Positions 11,911 to 21,789 of a stretch of 34,993 bases of DNA are shown one piece after another (the first letter of the stretch is position 1; the number at the start of each line of letters is the position of its first letter). Below the pieces are notes generated by a model, which was given only the letters and a program-made list of their open reading frames with translations, had not been told where the DNA came from and did not search any database. The translations under genes and the position numbers were made by a program. This DNA is from Octopus bimaculoides. Lineage: Eukaryota. The stretch covers positions 86,628,944 to 86,663,936 of the forward strand of contig NC_068986.1 of the NCBI RefSeq assembly GCF_001194135.2, given 5' to 3'.

Positions 11911-12286
11911 GTGGAGGCGCAATGACCCAGGGGTTAGGGCCGCGGACTCGCGGTCATAGGATCGCGGTTTCGATTCCCAGACCGGGCGTTGTGAGTGTTT
12001 ATTGAGCGAAAACACCTAAAGCTTCACGTGGCTCCGGCAGGGGATGGTGGCGAACCTTGCTGCACTCTTTCACCACAACTTTCTCTCACACTTACTTCTT
12101 GTTTCTGTTGTGCCTGTAATTCAAAGGGTCAGCCTTGTCCCAATCTGCGTCACGCTGANNNNNNNNNNGTACACGTGTCTGTGGAGTGCTCAGCCACTTG
12201 CACGTTAATTTCGCGAGCAGGCTGTTCCGGTGATCGGATCAACTCGAACCCTCGTCGTCGCAATCGACGGAGTGCCAACAACAACA
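11911..12286 (+). mobile_element. SINE family A2 with 11-bp TSD
   Basis: Full-length match; flanked by ACTCTGTAAGT (11900-11910) and ACTCGGTAAGT (12287-12297); 10-N gap inside. Confidence 0.92.
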
Positions 12287-12509
12287 ACTCGGTAAGTATG
12301 CACGTGTGTGTATGCTTAAATGAGTTTGTGTCTAATTATGGTGAAAATTAGCAACCAAACCTTAATATCATTTTGTAGAATGATTTTCAATAATTATATA
12401 AATATAGTTAAAACAGATAAATGTCACGGCAGGAGTGCCTTTCATCTCATGTCTGCGAGATAAGAATTGACCCAGGGTTAAACAACAAGAAAAACAGTTT
12501 TTATATGAC

Positions 12510-12720
12510 CAACCAATACTTTGTTCCAATTATGTCTCATGGCTCCTAGTTCAGTTCCACTCCATGAATCCTTGCGCAAGTGTCTTCAACTATAGCCCGA
12601 GCTGATCAAAACCATGTGGTTGTTTTTTTTTTTTTTGTAAACGAAAAGTGAAAGAAACCCTAATGTATGCGTGTATATGTGTGTATGTATTTGCGTGTAA
12701 TTGTATGTATTTGTGTGTGT
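12510..12720 (+). mobile_element. Degenerate 5' half of SINE family B
   Basis: CATGGCTCCTAGTTCAGTTCCACT...GCAAGTGTCTTCAACTATAGCC matches the family B head-to-core region. Confidence 0.65.
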
Positions 12721-12907
12721 GCGTGTGTAAGCCCTAAACGGAGAGCATGCTATATTGGGAACACAACCAAGTAATTGCACTTTCGAATAAAGGATGTGCG
12801 CCCAGACATTTCTATCATAGAAGCGTTAAAGGTGTAGCAGAAGCTCAAGGTATCGATTATGGCAACAAACGCAACAGGAGTAATCTAAGGAACACGGTGG
12901 TCAACCT

Positions 12908-13054
12908 TATTATTTTCTACTCTAGGCACAAAGCCCGACATTTTGGGAAGGGGGCCAATCGGTGAGATCGGCATCAGTACACAACTGGTACTTAATTTAT
13001 CGACCGCTAAGCATTTCGTGCGGCGTGCTAACGTGTCTGCCAGCTCGCCGCCTT
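12908..13054 (-). mobile_element. SINE family C copy with internal deletion (left member of a tandem dimer)
   Basis: Matches 13066-13284 but lacks roughly 75 bp between TTATCGACC and GCTAAGC. Confidence 0.85.
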
Positions 13055-13065
13055 AGAGGCCCACC

Positions 13066-13284
13066 GTATTCTTTTCTGCTCTCGGAAAAAGGCCCAACAT
13101 TTTAGGGGAAGAGGCCAGGTGGGTTAGATCGACCCAGTATGTAACTAGTATTTAATTTATCGACCCCGAAAAGATGAAAGACAAAGTCGACTTCGGCGGA
13201 ATTCGAACTCAGAACGAAAAGACAGACGACATACCGCTAAGCGTTTCCCCCGGCGTGCTAACGTGTCTGCTAGCTCGCCGCCTT
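13066..13284 (-). mobile_element. SINE family C, full length (right member of a tandem dimer)
   Basis: Reverse strand head AAGGCGGCGAGCTAGCAGACACGTTAGC...CTGAGTTCGAATTCCGCCGAAGTCGACTTTG; flanked by AGAGGCCCACC (13055-13065) and AGAAGCCCACC (13285-13295). Confidence 0.9.
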
Positions 13285-13846
13285 AGAAGCCCACCCAATT
13301 AACAAACAAAGAGCACCCATTAGCAACAGGAAGTGCATATCACCTTCGTCTTTCCTGCTTCCTCTCCACACATTTTCCAAATGTCCTAAAGAAGAGGACA
13401 TAGTACCGAAATGTAGAAATATAATACAACTATTTTGTTTTGCTTCTTTTTCACTTTGTCGTTTACTTTATATCTCCTTGCATTATTCCGGTCTTAAAGT
13501 ACAAATATCTTTAAAGGACCATCACGCAAATGCATCACCAAAAATGTCTCATTTTCATATGTATAGATATATATGTATGAATGCATGCATGTATGTAATT
13601 ATATATATATCTATGAATTTCAAACTGTGTTTATTTTTGTCACACCATCATCCCTTGACAACTGGAGTTAATTTATTTGCGTCCTCAAAACTTAGCGCTT
13701 CGGGAAAAATGACCGACAAAGAAGGTACCAAGCTTTGGAAATATGAACAGTGTAGTCAATTTGCTCGAAAGTCGAGGTCGCAAAACATAGAGAAATAAAG
13801 AAATATCATGTGTGTGTGTGTGTTTGTGTTGTGTGTATACATAAAA

Positions 13847-14265
13847 TCTTTTATTTGTTTCAGTCAATTGAGTGGGGCCATGCTGAAGCACCGCCTTTCG
13901 TCGAACAAATCGAACCCAAGACTTATTCAGTCTAAGCTTAGTACTTATGCTACTGGTCTCTTTTGCCGAACCACAATGTTACAGGGACGTAAACACACCA
14001 ACATCGGTAATCAAGCGATGGTGTGGGACAAACAAACAAACACATACACACGCACACACACACAAACATATATAGATATAAATATACATACATACCTACA
14101 TATATATATATACACATTGCATACACCATGGGGTTCTTTCAGTTTCTGTCAATCAAATCCATTCACAAGTTTTTGGTCAGCTCGAAGCTATAGTAGAAAC
14201 AGTGGACTGAACCCAGAAACATGTGGTTGGTAGTCGAGCTACTTACTACACCACAACTCCTCATG
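13847..14265 (-). mobile_element. SINE family B copy ending at a gap
   Basis: Colinear with the other family B copies; mixed CA/TA core. Confidence 0.88.
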
Positions 14266-15149
14266 NNNNNNNNNNNNNNNNNNNNNNNNNNNNNNNNNNN
14301 NNNNNNNNNNNNNNNNNNNNNNNNNNNNNNNNNNNNNNNNNNNNNNNNNNNNNNNNNNNNNNNNNNNNNNNNNNNNNNNNNNNNNNNNNNNNNNNNNNNN
14401 NNNNNNNNNNNNNNNNNNNNNNNNNNNNNNNNNNNNNNNNNNNNNNNNNNNNNNNNNNNNNNNNNNNNNNNNNNNNNNNNNNNNNNNNNNNNNNNNNNNN
14501 NNNNNNNNNNNNNNNNNNNNNNNNNNNNNNNNNNNNNNNNNNNNNNNNNNNNNNNNNNNNNNNNNNNNNNNNNNNNNNNNNNNNNNNNNNNNNNNNNNNN
14601 NNNNNNNNNNNNNNNNNNNNNNNNNNNNNNNNNNNNNNNNNNNNNNNNNNNNNNNNNNNNNNNNNNNNNNNNNNNNNNNNNNNNNNNNNNNNNNNNNNNN
14701 NNNNNNNNNNNNNNNNNNNNNNNNNNNNNNNNNNNNNNNNNNNNNNNNNNNNNNNNNNNNNNNNNNNNNNNNNNNNNNNNNNNNNNNNNNNNNNNNNNNN
14801 NNNNNNNNNNNNNNNNNNNNNNNNNNNNNNNNNNNNNNNNNNNNNNNNNNNNNNNNNNNNNNNNNNNNNNNNNNNNNNNNNNNNNNNNNNNNNNNNNNNN
14901 NNNNNNNNNNNNNNNNNNNNNNNNNNNNNNNNNNNNNNNNNNNNNNNNNNNNNNNNNNNNNNNNNNNNNNNNNNNNNNNNNNNNNNNNNNNNNNNNNNNN
15001 NNNNNNNNNNNNNNNNNNNNNNNNNNNNNNNNNNNNNNNNNNNNNNNNNNNNNNNNNNNNNNNNNNNNNNNNNNNNNNNNNNNNNNNNNNNNNNNNNNNN
15101 NNNNNNNNNNNNNNNNNNNNNNNNNNNNNNNNNNNNNNNNNNNNNNNNN

Positions 15150-15196
<47 letters not shown>

Positions 15197-15383
15197 TACG
15201 AGGGTATACGAGGCTTCTATACGAATTCCAGTTACGTACATTATCGCTGAAGGTTTGGGTATGAGACGCATGTCTGCTAAGTCTGTGCCAAAACCGCTTT
15301 CTGCTCAACAAAAGAACACTCGGATTTCAGTTGCACAAGATCTCTTTGATTGTGTCGAGAACGATGAAAACTCTTTGGAGACT
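15197..15383 (+). mobile_element. Mariner transposase internal fragment (second HTH / WVP-linker region)
   Basis: Translation IIAEGLGMRRMSAKSVPKPLSAQQKNTRISVAQDLFDCVENDENSLET matches the mariner pattern L-G-x-R-(R/K)-x-x-A-(K/R)-(W/F)-V-P...L-x-x-x-Q-K and stops just before the expected TGDE catalytic motif. Confidence 0.85.
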
Positions 15384-15661
15384 TTGCATAGTCCCCTGGG
15401 CAGGTATTGCCAAGCATTTGGCAAAATTTGATACAGATTCTCTGCTCAACTTCCTCTGTCATGGTCAATGCGACGATCAAATGCTACACACGTTCCTTCT
15501 CAACACTGCTGTAAACGGTGGAAGTGAGGTACAACGTTAAAACTTAGAGCACATGCACAACAGAGTTTAAGGTCAATCCGTGCCAAGCAGCTTCACTCTT
15601 CTAGTTTTTTTAGTTTCGTTACTATAGCAACAGTCGGAATAGTTATTGATCAGACCACGTA
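15382..15661 (-). mobile_element. Mariner 5' end (TIR + 5'UTR + first 27 codons)
   Basis: Minus strand begins TA-CGTGGTCTGATCAATAA (mariner-like TIR start); ATG at 15462 gives MTEEVEQRICIKFCQMLGNTCPGDYAK, a typical mariner N-terminus (EQRxxIKFC). Confidence 0.8.
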
Positions 15662-15690
15662 TATTTCAATCTAATTTAATTAGTCTCTTT

Positions 15691-15897
15691 GAGACTGTGA
15701 ATTGACAGAATCGCTTGCACGGCAAGGGAAATGCTAGCGGGATTTCGTCTGTCATCGCGTCTTGAGTTCAAAAGGCACCGAAGTCGACTTTGCCTCTCAT
15801 CATTTCGGGGTCGATGAACTATATCCAATTAAGCAATCAACTTAACTCCTATGCCGAAACTGCTGGCCTTGGGGTAAAATTTGAAACCAATGTTATT
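15691..15897 (+). mobile_element. SINE family C, diverged
   Basis: TTGAGTTCAAA...GTCGACTTTGCCTCTCATCATTTCGGGGTCGAT...TGCTGGCCTT...AATTTGAAACC. Confidence 0.8.
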
Positions 15898-16229
15898 CAC
15901 CTATATTATCATTGTTATTTCATTTAGTTTCTGTTAAATTCTGTCCTTGATAGATTCAATCTATCTTAGGTTTGATATTCAACACTTATATAATCAATGC
16001 ATTTACATAACCGTTTTCAAAAATCTTTCTCGAGTTAGTCATTTATTCACTGGCATGTGGACTAGAAGATAAAGAAATTAATGTTAATTTGTTTATGTAA
16101 TTAAGTCAGACTATTTATGTGCCATGAACGAAATATGTTTTAATGAAGTAACATTTATTCACATAATGTACTTTGATTCTACTAACCGTCACTATTATTT
16201 GTGTGAAATCATTGGAGTCGACTTGACAG

Positions 16230-16920
16230 GATAAAACGGAATAAAACAAGTTTCGTATAAATCAGACCACGGGTTCCCAAGATACACGGTTTTTCGGGTA
16301 CCTTTATGATTCTCTACTTTCGAGCTTCATTGTGCGCGTGCTTGCCTGTAATTTAATACAGCCAAACTGGCGCAAAATAGGAGAATACTTTGAAAGTAAG
16401 GTACCGTCGAAATGTGAACACAAAGGGAATAAAACAAGTTTCGCGCAAATCGGATCACTGGTTCCCGAGATACGCAGTTTGTTTCGGGTACCTGTATAGA
16501 TAATGAAACCGGAGCATAATGGGGAAAATGCTTTGAAAGTAAGGGACCATTGAAATGTTAATACAAACAGAATGAAATAAGTTTCGAGTGAATCGGACCA
16601 CGGGTTCACGAGATACGTGTTTTTTTTTTGTGGTACCTTTATAAATAGCCAAGCCAGTACATAATGGTAAAATAGTCTGAAAGTAAGGTACCATTGGAAT
16701 TTCATACAAACGAAATAATACAAGTGTTGCATAAATCGGACCACGGGTTCTTGAGATATGTGTTTCTATTTCAGGTACGTTGAAATATTAGTAAAACAAT
16801 GGATCACGTTTAGTCTAGTATACTACTAAAACTCTATGACAGCTTGCTTGCGTTCGTGCTTATCTGTAATTTAATACAGTCAAAACGGCGCCTAATGGGA
16901 AATACTCCGAAAGTAACACA
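16230..16920 (+). repeat. Diverged minisatellite, about 4.5 units of 143-188 bp
   Basis: Core AAGTTTCG..AAATCGGACCACGGGTTCCCGAGATAC starts at 16248, 16436, 16579 and 16722 (spacings 188, 143, 143); GAAAGTAAGGTACC also recurs. Confidence 0.85.
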
Positions 16921-18284
16921 ATCCTGAAATGGGAATATATAATATTGTGAAAACTGTTTGCATTAATTTTATTTTTACGTTGTATCACAATTCCTTTTGC
17001 ATTTTTGCAGAAGTGTGCACATATGCCATCAATGAATGCTGTGACTGGAGTTCAAGTTTATTCCGGAAGTTCTATTTCTATTAGATGTTGTAAACAATCA
17101 ACACAATCTTAAACATGAACTTATAAACCAGGCCTATGATGACAGGAACGAATTTAAGTATCTAACTGAATCGTCATAAAATTAACTTTCATTACAATGC
17201 AATGTTGAAATCAGCTTCAATGTCTTATAACCTGAACCGACAGGGATCCAAAGGGTCATGGGTAGTCTAGTTTGTATGTATATATATATATATATATATN
17301 NNNNNNNNNNNNNNNNNNNNNNNNNNNNNNNNNNNNNNNNNNNNNNNNNNNNNNNNNNNNNNNNNNNNNNNNNNNNNNNNNNNNNNNNNNNNNNNNNNNN
17401 NNNNNNNNNNNNNNNNNNNNNNNNNNNNNNNNNNNNNNNNNNNNNNNNNNNNNNNNNNNNNNNNNNNNNNNNNNNNNNNNNNNNNNNNNNNNNNNNNNNN
17501 NNNNNNNNNNNNNNNNNNNNNNNNNNNNNNNNNNNNNNNNNNNNNNNNNNNNNNNNNNNNNNNNNNNNNNNNNNNNNNNNNNNNNNNNNNNNNNNNNNNN
17601 NNNNNNNNNNNNNNNNNNNNNNNNNNNNNNNNNNNNNNNNNNNNNNNNNNNNNNNNNNNNNNNNNNNNNNNNNNNNNNNNNNNNNNNNNNNNNNNNNNNN
17701 NNNNNNNNNNNNNNNNNNNNNNNNNNNNNNNNNNNNNNNNNNNNNNNNNNNNNNNNNNNNNNNNNNNNNNNNNNNNNNNNNNNNNNNNNNNNNNNNNNNN
17801 NNNNNNNNNNNNNNNNNNNNNNNNNNNNNNNNNNNNNNNNNNNNNNNNNNNNNNNNNNNNNNNNNNNNNNNNNNNNNNNNNNNNNNNNNNNNNNNNNNNN
17901 NNNNNNNNNNNNNNNNNNNNNNNNNNNNNNNNNNNNNNNNNNNNNNNNNNNNNNNNNNNNNNNNNNNNNNNNNNNNNNNNNNNNNNNNNNNNNNNNNNNN
18001 NNNNNNNNNNNNNNNNNNNCTCAAGAGTAGACACTTTAATTATTATGTATTGAAGTATATTTAATCCGCTCAGAACGCGTACGAGCTTTCGTCTATATAT
18101 AAGAAATGAAATATTTTCTACAGCTGTAATTTATATTACGTCTTGAGAACATTCTTAATCTTTCTTCATCCATCAATATTCTGACTTCGAGTTTGCATTC
18201 GAAAATCATCTAAGTGTGGCATGCTTTTAGTAAATAGAGAAAATATTGCTGTTCTATAAGGACAATTACTATTATAGCAGTTGA

Positions 18285-18294
<10 letters not shown>

Positions 18295-18315
<21 letters not shown>

Positions 18316-18445
18316 GTTTTTGTTGTTGTTGTTGTTGCTGATGATGATGAGGATGATGTTGATGATGATGATGGTTGTGGTGGTGGTTGTGGTGGTGGTG
18401 ATGTCAATGGTGGTTGTAGCGGTGGTGGTGGTGGTGGTGGTGATG
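18295..18445. repeat. Compound triplet microsatellite (GTT)(GAT)(GGT)n
   Basis: Direct reading. Confidence 0.92.
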
Positions 18446-18710
18446 ATGTTATTGGCATCATTATTTTTTTTATTGTTCTTGTTATTATTATCATTGTGTC
18501 TCAGGCGTTGTGCCTATAGTAGAAATAATTATTATCATTGTGTCTCCCGTTGATCGATGTAAACCTCATCTGTTTTTTTTTTTGTTGCATCTTGTCTTTT
18601 GACTCTTTCCTCTATGTCTTGGACCATTGTGGCCAATGAAAGAAATCATTATCATTGTTGTTGTTGCTGTTGTTGTTGCTGATGTTTTTGTTGTTTCTAT
18701 TGTTGTTGTT

Positions 18711-18925
18711 AAGGTGGTGAACTGGAAGCATCATCATCACGCCAAACAAAATGGTTAGCGAGATTGTGTTCGTCTTCGCGCCGTGAGTTCGATTCCCGTG
18801 AGGTTGACTTTGCAGGTATCTTTTCGGAGTTTGGTTAAAGAGGTACCAGTTACACACTGGAGTCGATGTAATTAACTATACCTCTTCCCATAAAAAATTG
18901 AGATCATGTGAAAGGATTATTATTA
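18711..18925 (+). mobile_element. SINE family C, highly diverged
   Basis: GAGTTCGATTCCCGTGAGGTTGACTTTGC...GGTACCAGTTACACACTGGAGTCGATGTAAT, ATT tail. Confidence 0.65.
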
Positions 18926-19029
18926 AAAGACCTTAAGAAAGGATTATTATTATTATTAAAATGCTAGGTCGCGTTACTTTAGTTAGCAGGTATTTTATGG
19001 GGTAGCTTCCTTAAACTTCTTGCAGATGG

Positions 19030-19810
19030 CATTATCGATTGTATTGCATATTTCAAATCTGCGTCCTTCAGCCTGAGCCAGCGATCTTCACTTCCAACGT
19101 TCTCGGTTTATTGCATGAATTATTCATGTAGTTCCATATCCTTTCATTTGACTGTTCTACCGTTTATTCTCATTGAATTCTCCTACTGTTTCGGTCAGTC
19201 TTGGGGTGTTTCTGGCTGCCAATGGCATTCGTTCTTTACACTGCTCAACTTAGCTTTTCAAACCTAGTGTTGCAGTATTAAGAGTGTCTTCTGCGTTAAG
19301 TAATCCTCTGCCACCTTTCTTTCTTGGTACTTAGGGTCTGTTGTTATGGCTTTGAGGGTTGAGCACCTTGTGAATAATGAGTAGATTTCTAGTTTTTCTA
19401 TCCAAATTCTCTAGAGTATTTCACTATGGACATAACTCATGTATTTATGCCCTTAATAATGTTTCCTCCATTTAATTTTGTTTCCAGCTTCTTTCTGATT
19501 CTCCTCTTGTACTTTTTTATTGAATTTATCTCTCATTTCTTCTTCCATTATCTTGCTGCTCTCCTAGATATTTGTAGCAATTATTACTCCGCAACGATCG
19601 AATAGTGTTGTGGTTTATCTTCCAGCCTTTCGTCAAAATTAGTACTGTTTACTTATTTACCCCCAAACTGTATTTCAATATATGTACCGAACACAATCAT
19701 GATTTGGATCAAAGAATTTATGCCTTCTTATTTTTTGGATACCGTTTGATGTCAACCACATAAATTAGGTGATTTATTCTCATATTGGATTCGGTAAACC
19801 CATATATAGA
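19030..19810 (-). mobile_element. R4/Dong-clade non-LTR retrotransposon relic (RT domains 5-7, thumb and downstream region), many stops/frameshifts
   Basis: Minus-strand peptides INHLIYVVDIK (degenerate YMDD), CYKYLG, KLNGGNIIKGINT, LDRKTRNLL...VPRKKGGRGL, ELHExFMQxTENVGSEDRWLRLK are characteristic of R4/Dong ORFs. Confidence 0.8.
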
Positions 19811-19846
19811 CAGGCATTTTCTCATTATACTTTTCACATCATTATT

Positions 19847-19912
<66 letters not shown>

Positions 19913-19925
19913 ATTGTTGTTGTTG
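19847..19925. repeat. (GTA)n microsatellite between two LINE relics
   Basis: Direct reading. Confidence 0.95.
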
Positions 19926-19944
19926 CTGTTATTATTATGACAAC

Positions 19945-20285
19945 TTCCTTAAATACTGAAAACAGTTTTTGTTTTGCTCGTGTTTTGTGGTTATCTCTAT
20001 TAATTTTCCTTGTTTCTGAAGTAGATATTTTTGCAGTCTTCTGGTGGTTATTTTATAACAGTTTCCAGCTGTATAAGGCCTCTACCACCTTTCAACACGC
20101 TGTATATATAACCTTTCCATGTGAGATTTCGGGTGGAGCATCCTTGATCCTGTCATTATTTTTCTTGCTTTTTGTCTATTTTGGTTAGTTCATTTAGTGT
20201 CCAGTTAAGGATATTATAGCTGTAACTTATAAATGGGACGGCTAAAGTGTTAATACCTACTACCTTGTTTTTAGCATTGAACTGT
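19945..20285 (-). mobile_element. R4/Dong-clade LINE relic (RT thumb region), second lineage
   Basis: Minus-strand peptide NAKNKVVGINTLAVPFISYSYNILNWTLNELTKIDK..RKIMTGSRMLHPKSHMERLY...KGGRGLIQLE, with frameshifts. Confidence 0.82.
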
Positions 20286-20326
20286 TTCTTCTTCTTCTTC
20301 TTCTTCTTCTTCTTCTTCTTCTTCTT

Positions 20327-20425
<99 letters not shown>
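20286..20425. repeat. Compound microsatellite (CTT)n(ATT)n
   Basis: Direct reading; lies between the LINE 5' truncation point and a SINE C head. Confidence 0.98.
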
Positions 20426-20428
20426 TGG

Positions 20429-20640
20429 AAGGCGGATCTGGCAGAATTGTTAGCACACCGAGCGAAATGCTTAGCGGTGTTTCGTCCGTCTTCACGTTCT
20501 GAGTCCAAATTCCACTGCTATCGACTTTGCCTTTCATATTTCCCTATCGATAAAATAAGGGGTAGTTCAGTACTGGGATCAATTCAATCGACTTCCCTCC
20601 TACCCCGAAATTCTTGGCCTGGTCTCAAAATTTGAAATTA
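20429..20640 (+). mobile_element. SINE family C, full length
   Basis: A-box-like TGGCAGAATTGTTAG, B-box-like GAGTCCAAATTCC, body TCGACTTTGCCTTTCAT, 3' TGGCCTGGTCTCAAAATTTGAAA plus ATT tail. Confidence 0.88.
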
Positions 20641-20657
20641 TTATAATTATTATTATT

Positions 20658-20800
20658 GGGGCGATTAGCTGACAGATTCGTTACCGCACTGTGAAAAATA
20701 CTTTCCTGCAATTCATCCGCCTTAACATTCTGAATTGAAATGGCACTGAGGTCTAATTAATCCTCCTACCTTTTGAGGTCGATAAAATAAAACGAAATCA
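20658..20800 (+). mobile_element. SINE family C, diverged 5' half in tandem with the preceding copy
   Basis: GGCGATTAGCTGACAGATTCGTTAC...TTCTGAATTGAAAT...GAGGTCGATAAAATAA. Confidence 0.65.
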
Positions 20801-21259
20801 TTATTGTCATTATCATTGAGTGAGAGAACAGCACACGCTATCAAACTGATCTTACGACATAGAAGGGTATACCAGGTACATGAATCACAAATATATGAGC
20901 TCTATATCGTGATTCCGTATCAAGATAAACAATGCATGATCTTGCTAATCGGCCTAGTTAGAATTTCCTTCAGTCGTGTAGCCCATCCCGGTCAAAAGGT
21001 TCCTGAATAAGTGTTATCTAAGGATGACGAACGAAACACCCATGTCCTCAGGGGTGAAATATTCAAGCAACCAAATTCTTCTACACATGGCTATGACGCT
21101 CACCCATTAAAGTACCTGGGTACACATATTTTCAACGAATAAGGAACATGCTCAACTGGTTAAAGTCAAGCAACAGACAAGCAACTCTGCTGTAATGAGC
21201 CGAATATTTGCTGTAGGGCATCTTTTGCGAAAAATATGTACATGATAACACTTCCAATA

Positions 21260-21680
21260 AGGTGCAGGAGTGGCTGTGGGGTAAGAAGCTTGCTACCAAC
21301 CACATGGTCTCGGGTTCATTCCCACTGCTTGGTATCTTGGGCAAGTGTCTTCTACTATAGCCTCGGGCCGACCAAAGCCATGTGAGTGGATTTGGTAGAC
21401 GGAAACTGAAAGAATCCCGTCGTATATATGTATATATATATATATGTATGCGTGTGTATATGTTTCTGTGTCTGTGTTTGCCCCCCGCCCCCAACACCGC
21501 TTGACAACCTATGCTGGTGTGTTTACGTCTCCGTAACTTAACGTTTCGGCAAAAAGGAGCAATAGAATAAGTGCTAGGCATCCAAAGAATAAGTCCTAGG
21601 GTCGATTTGCTCGTCTAGAGCAGGTGCTCCAGCATGGTCGCAGTCAAATGACTGAAACAAGTAAAAGAGTAAAAGAGAGT
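21260..21680 (+). mobile_element. SINE family B, full length (best copy)
   Basis: tRNA-like head AGGTGCAGGAGTGGCTGTGGGGTAAG...GGGTTCATTCCC, CORE-like TTGGGCAAGTGTCTT, internal (TA)/(TG) tract, 3' end GGTCGCAGTCAAATGACTGAAACAA with (GTAAAAGA)n tail. Confidence 0.92.
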
Positions 21681-21686
21681 AAGTTA

Positions 21687-21785
21687 AGATCGATAAAATA
21701 AGTCCCATTTGTACACTGGAGTCGATGTAATCGACTTTACTTCACGCCTGAATTTGCTGGCCATGTGCTAATATTTGAAATCATT
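21687..21785 (+). mobile_element. 3' half of SINE family C
   Basis: GATCGATAAAATAAG...CACTGGAGTCGATGTAATCGAC...TTGCTGGCC...TTTGAAATCATTATT. Confidence 0.7.
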
Positions 21786-21789
21786 ATTA

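Noticed and set aside
12760-12870. Possible small plus-strand exon (DVRPDISIIEALK)
   Set aside because: Weak splice signals, very short, no phase-linked partner or homology
14163-15431. Long ORFs of 250-400 aa across 14.2-15.4, 17.2-18.1 and 22.1-23.2 kb
   Set aside because: Lengths are due to N-gaps translated as X; only the mariner and LINE peptides at their edges are real signals
16230-16920. CRISPR-like periodic repeat
   Set aside because: Inter-core sequences are homologous to each other rather than unique spacers, no cas genes, eukaryotic context
17011-17180. Strong-looking acceptor TTTTGCATTTTTGCAG and short open frames (e.g. DVVNNQHNLKHELINQAYDDRNEF)
   Set aside because: No convincing donor in a consistent frame and no recognisable homology
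20960-21259. Possible additional interspersed repeat interrupted by the SINE B at 21260
   Set aside because: Only one copy in the window and no diagnostic motif; cannot be supported without a database search
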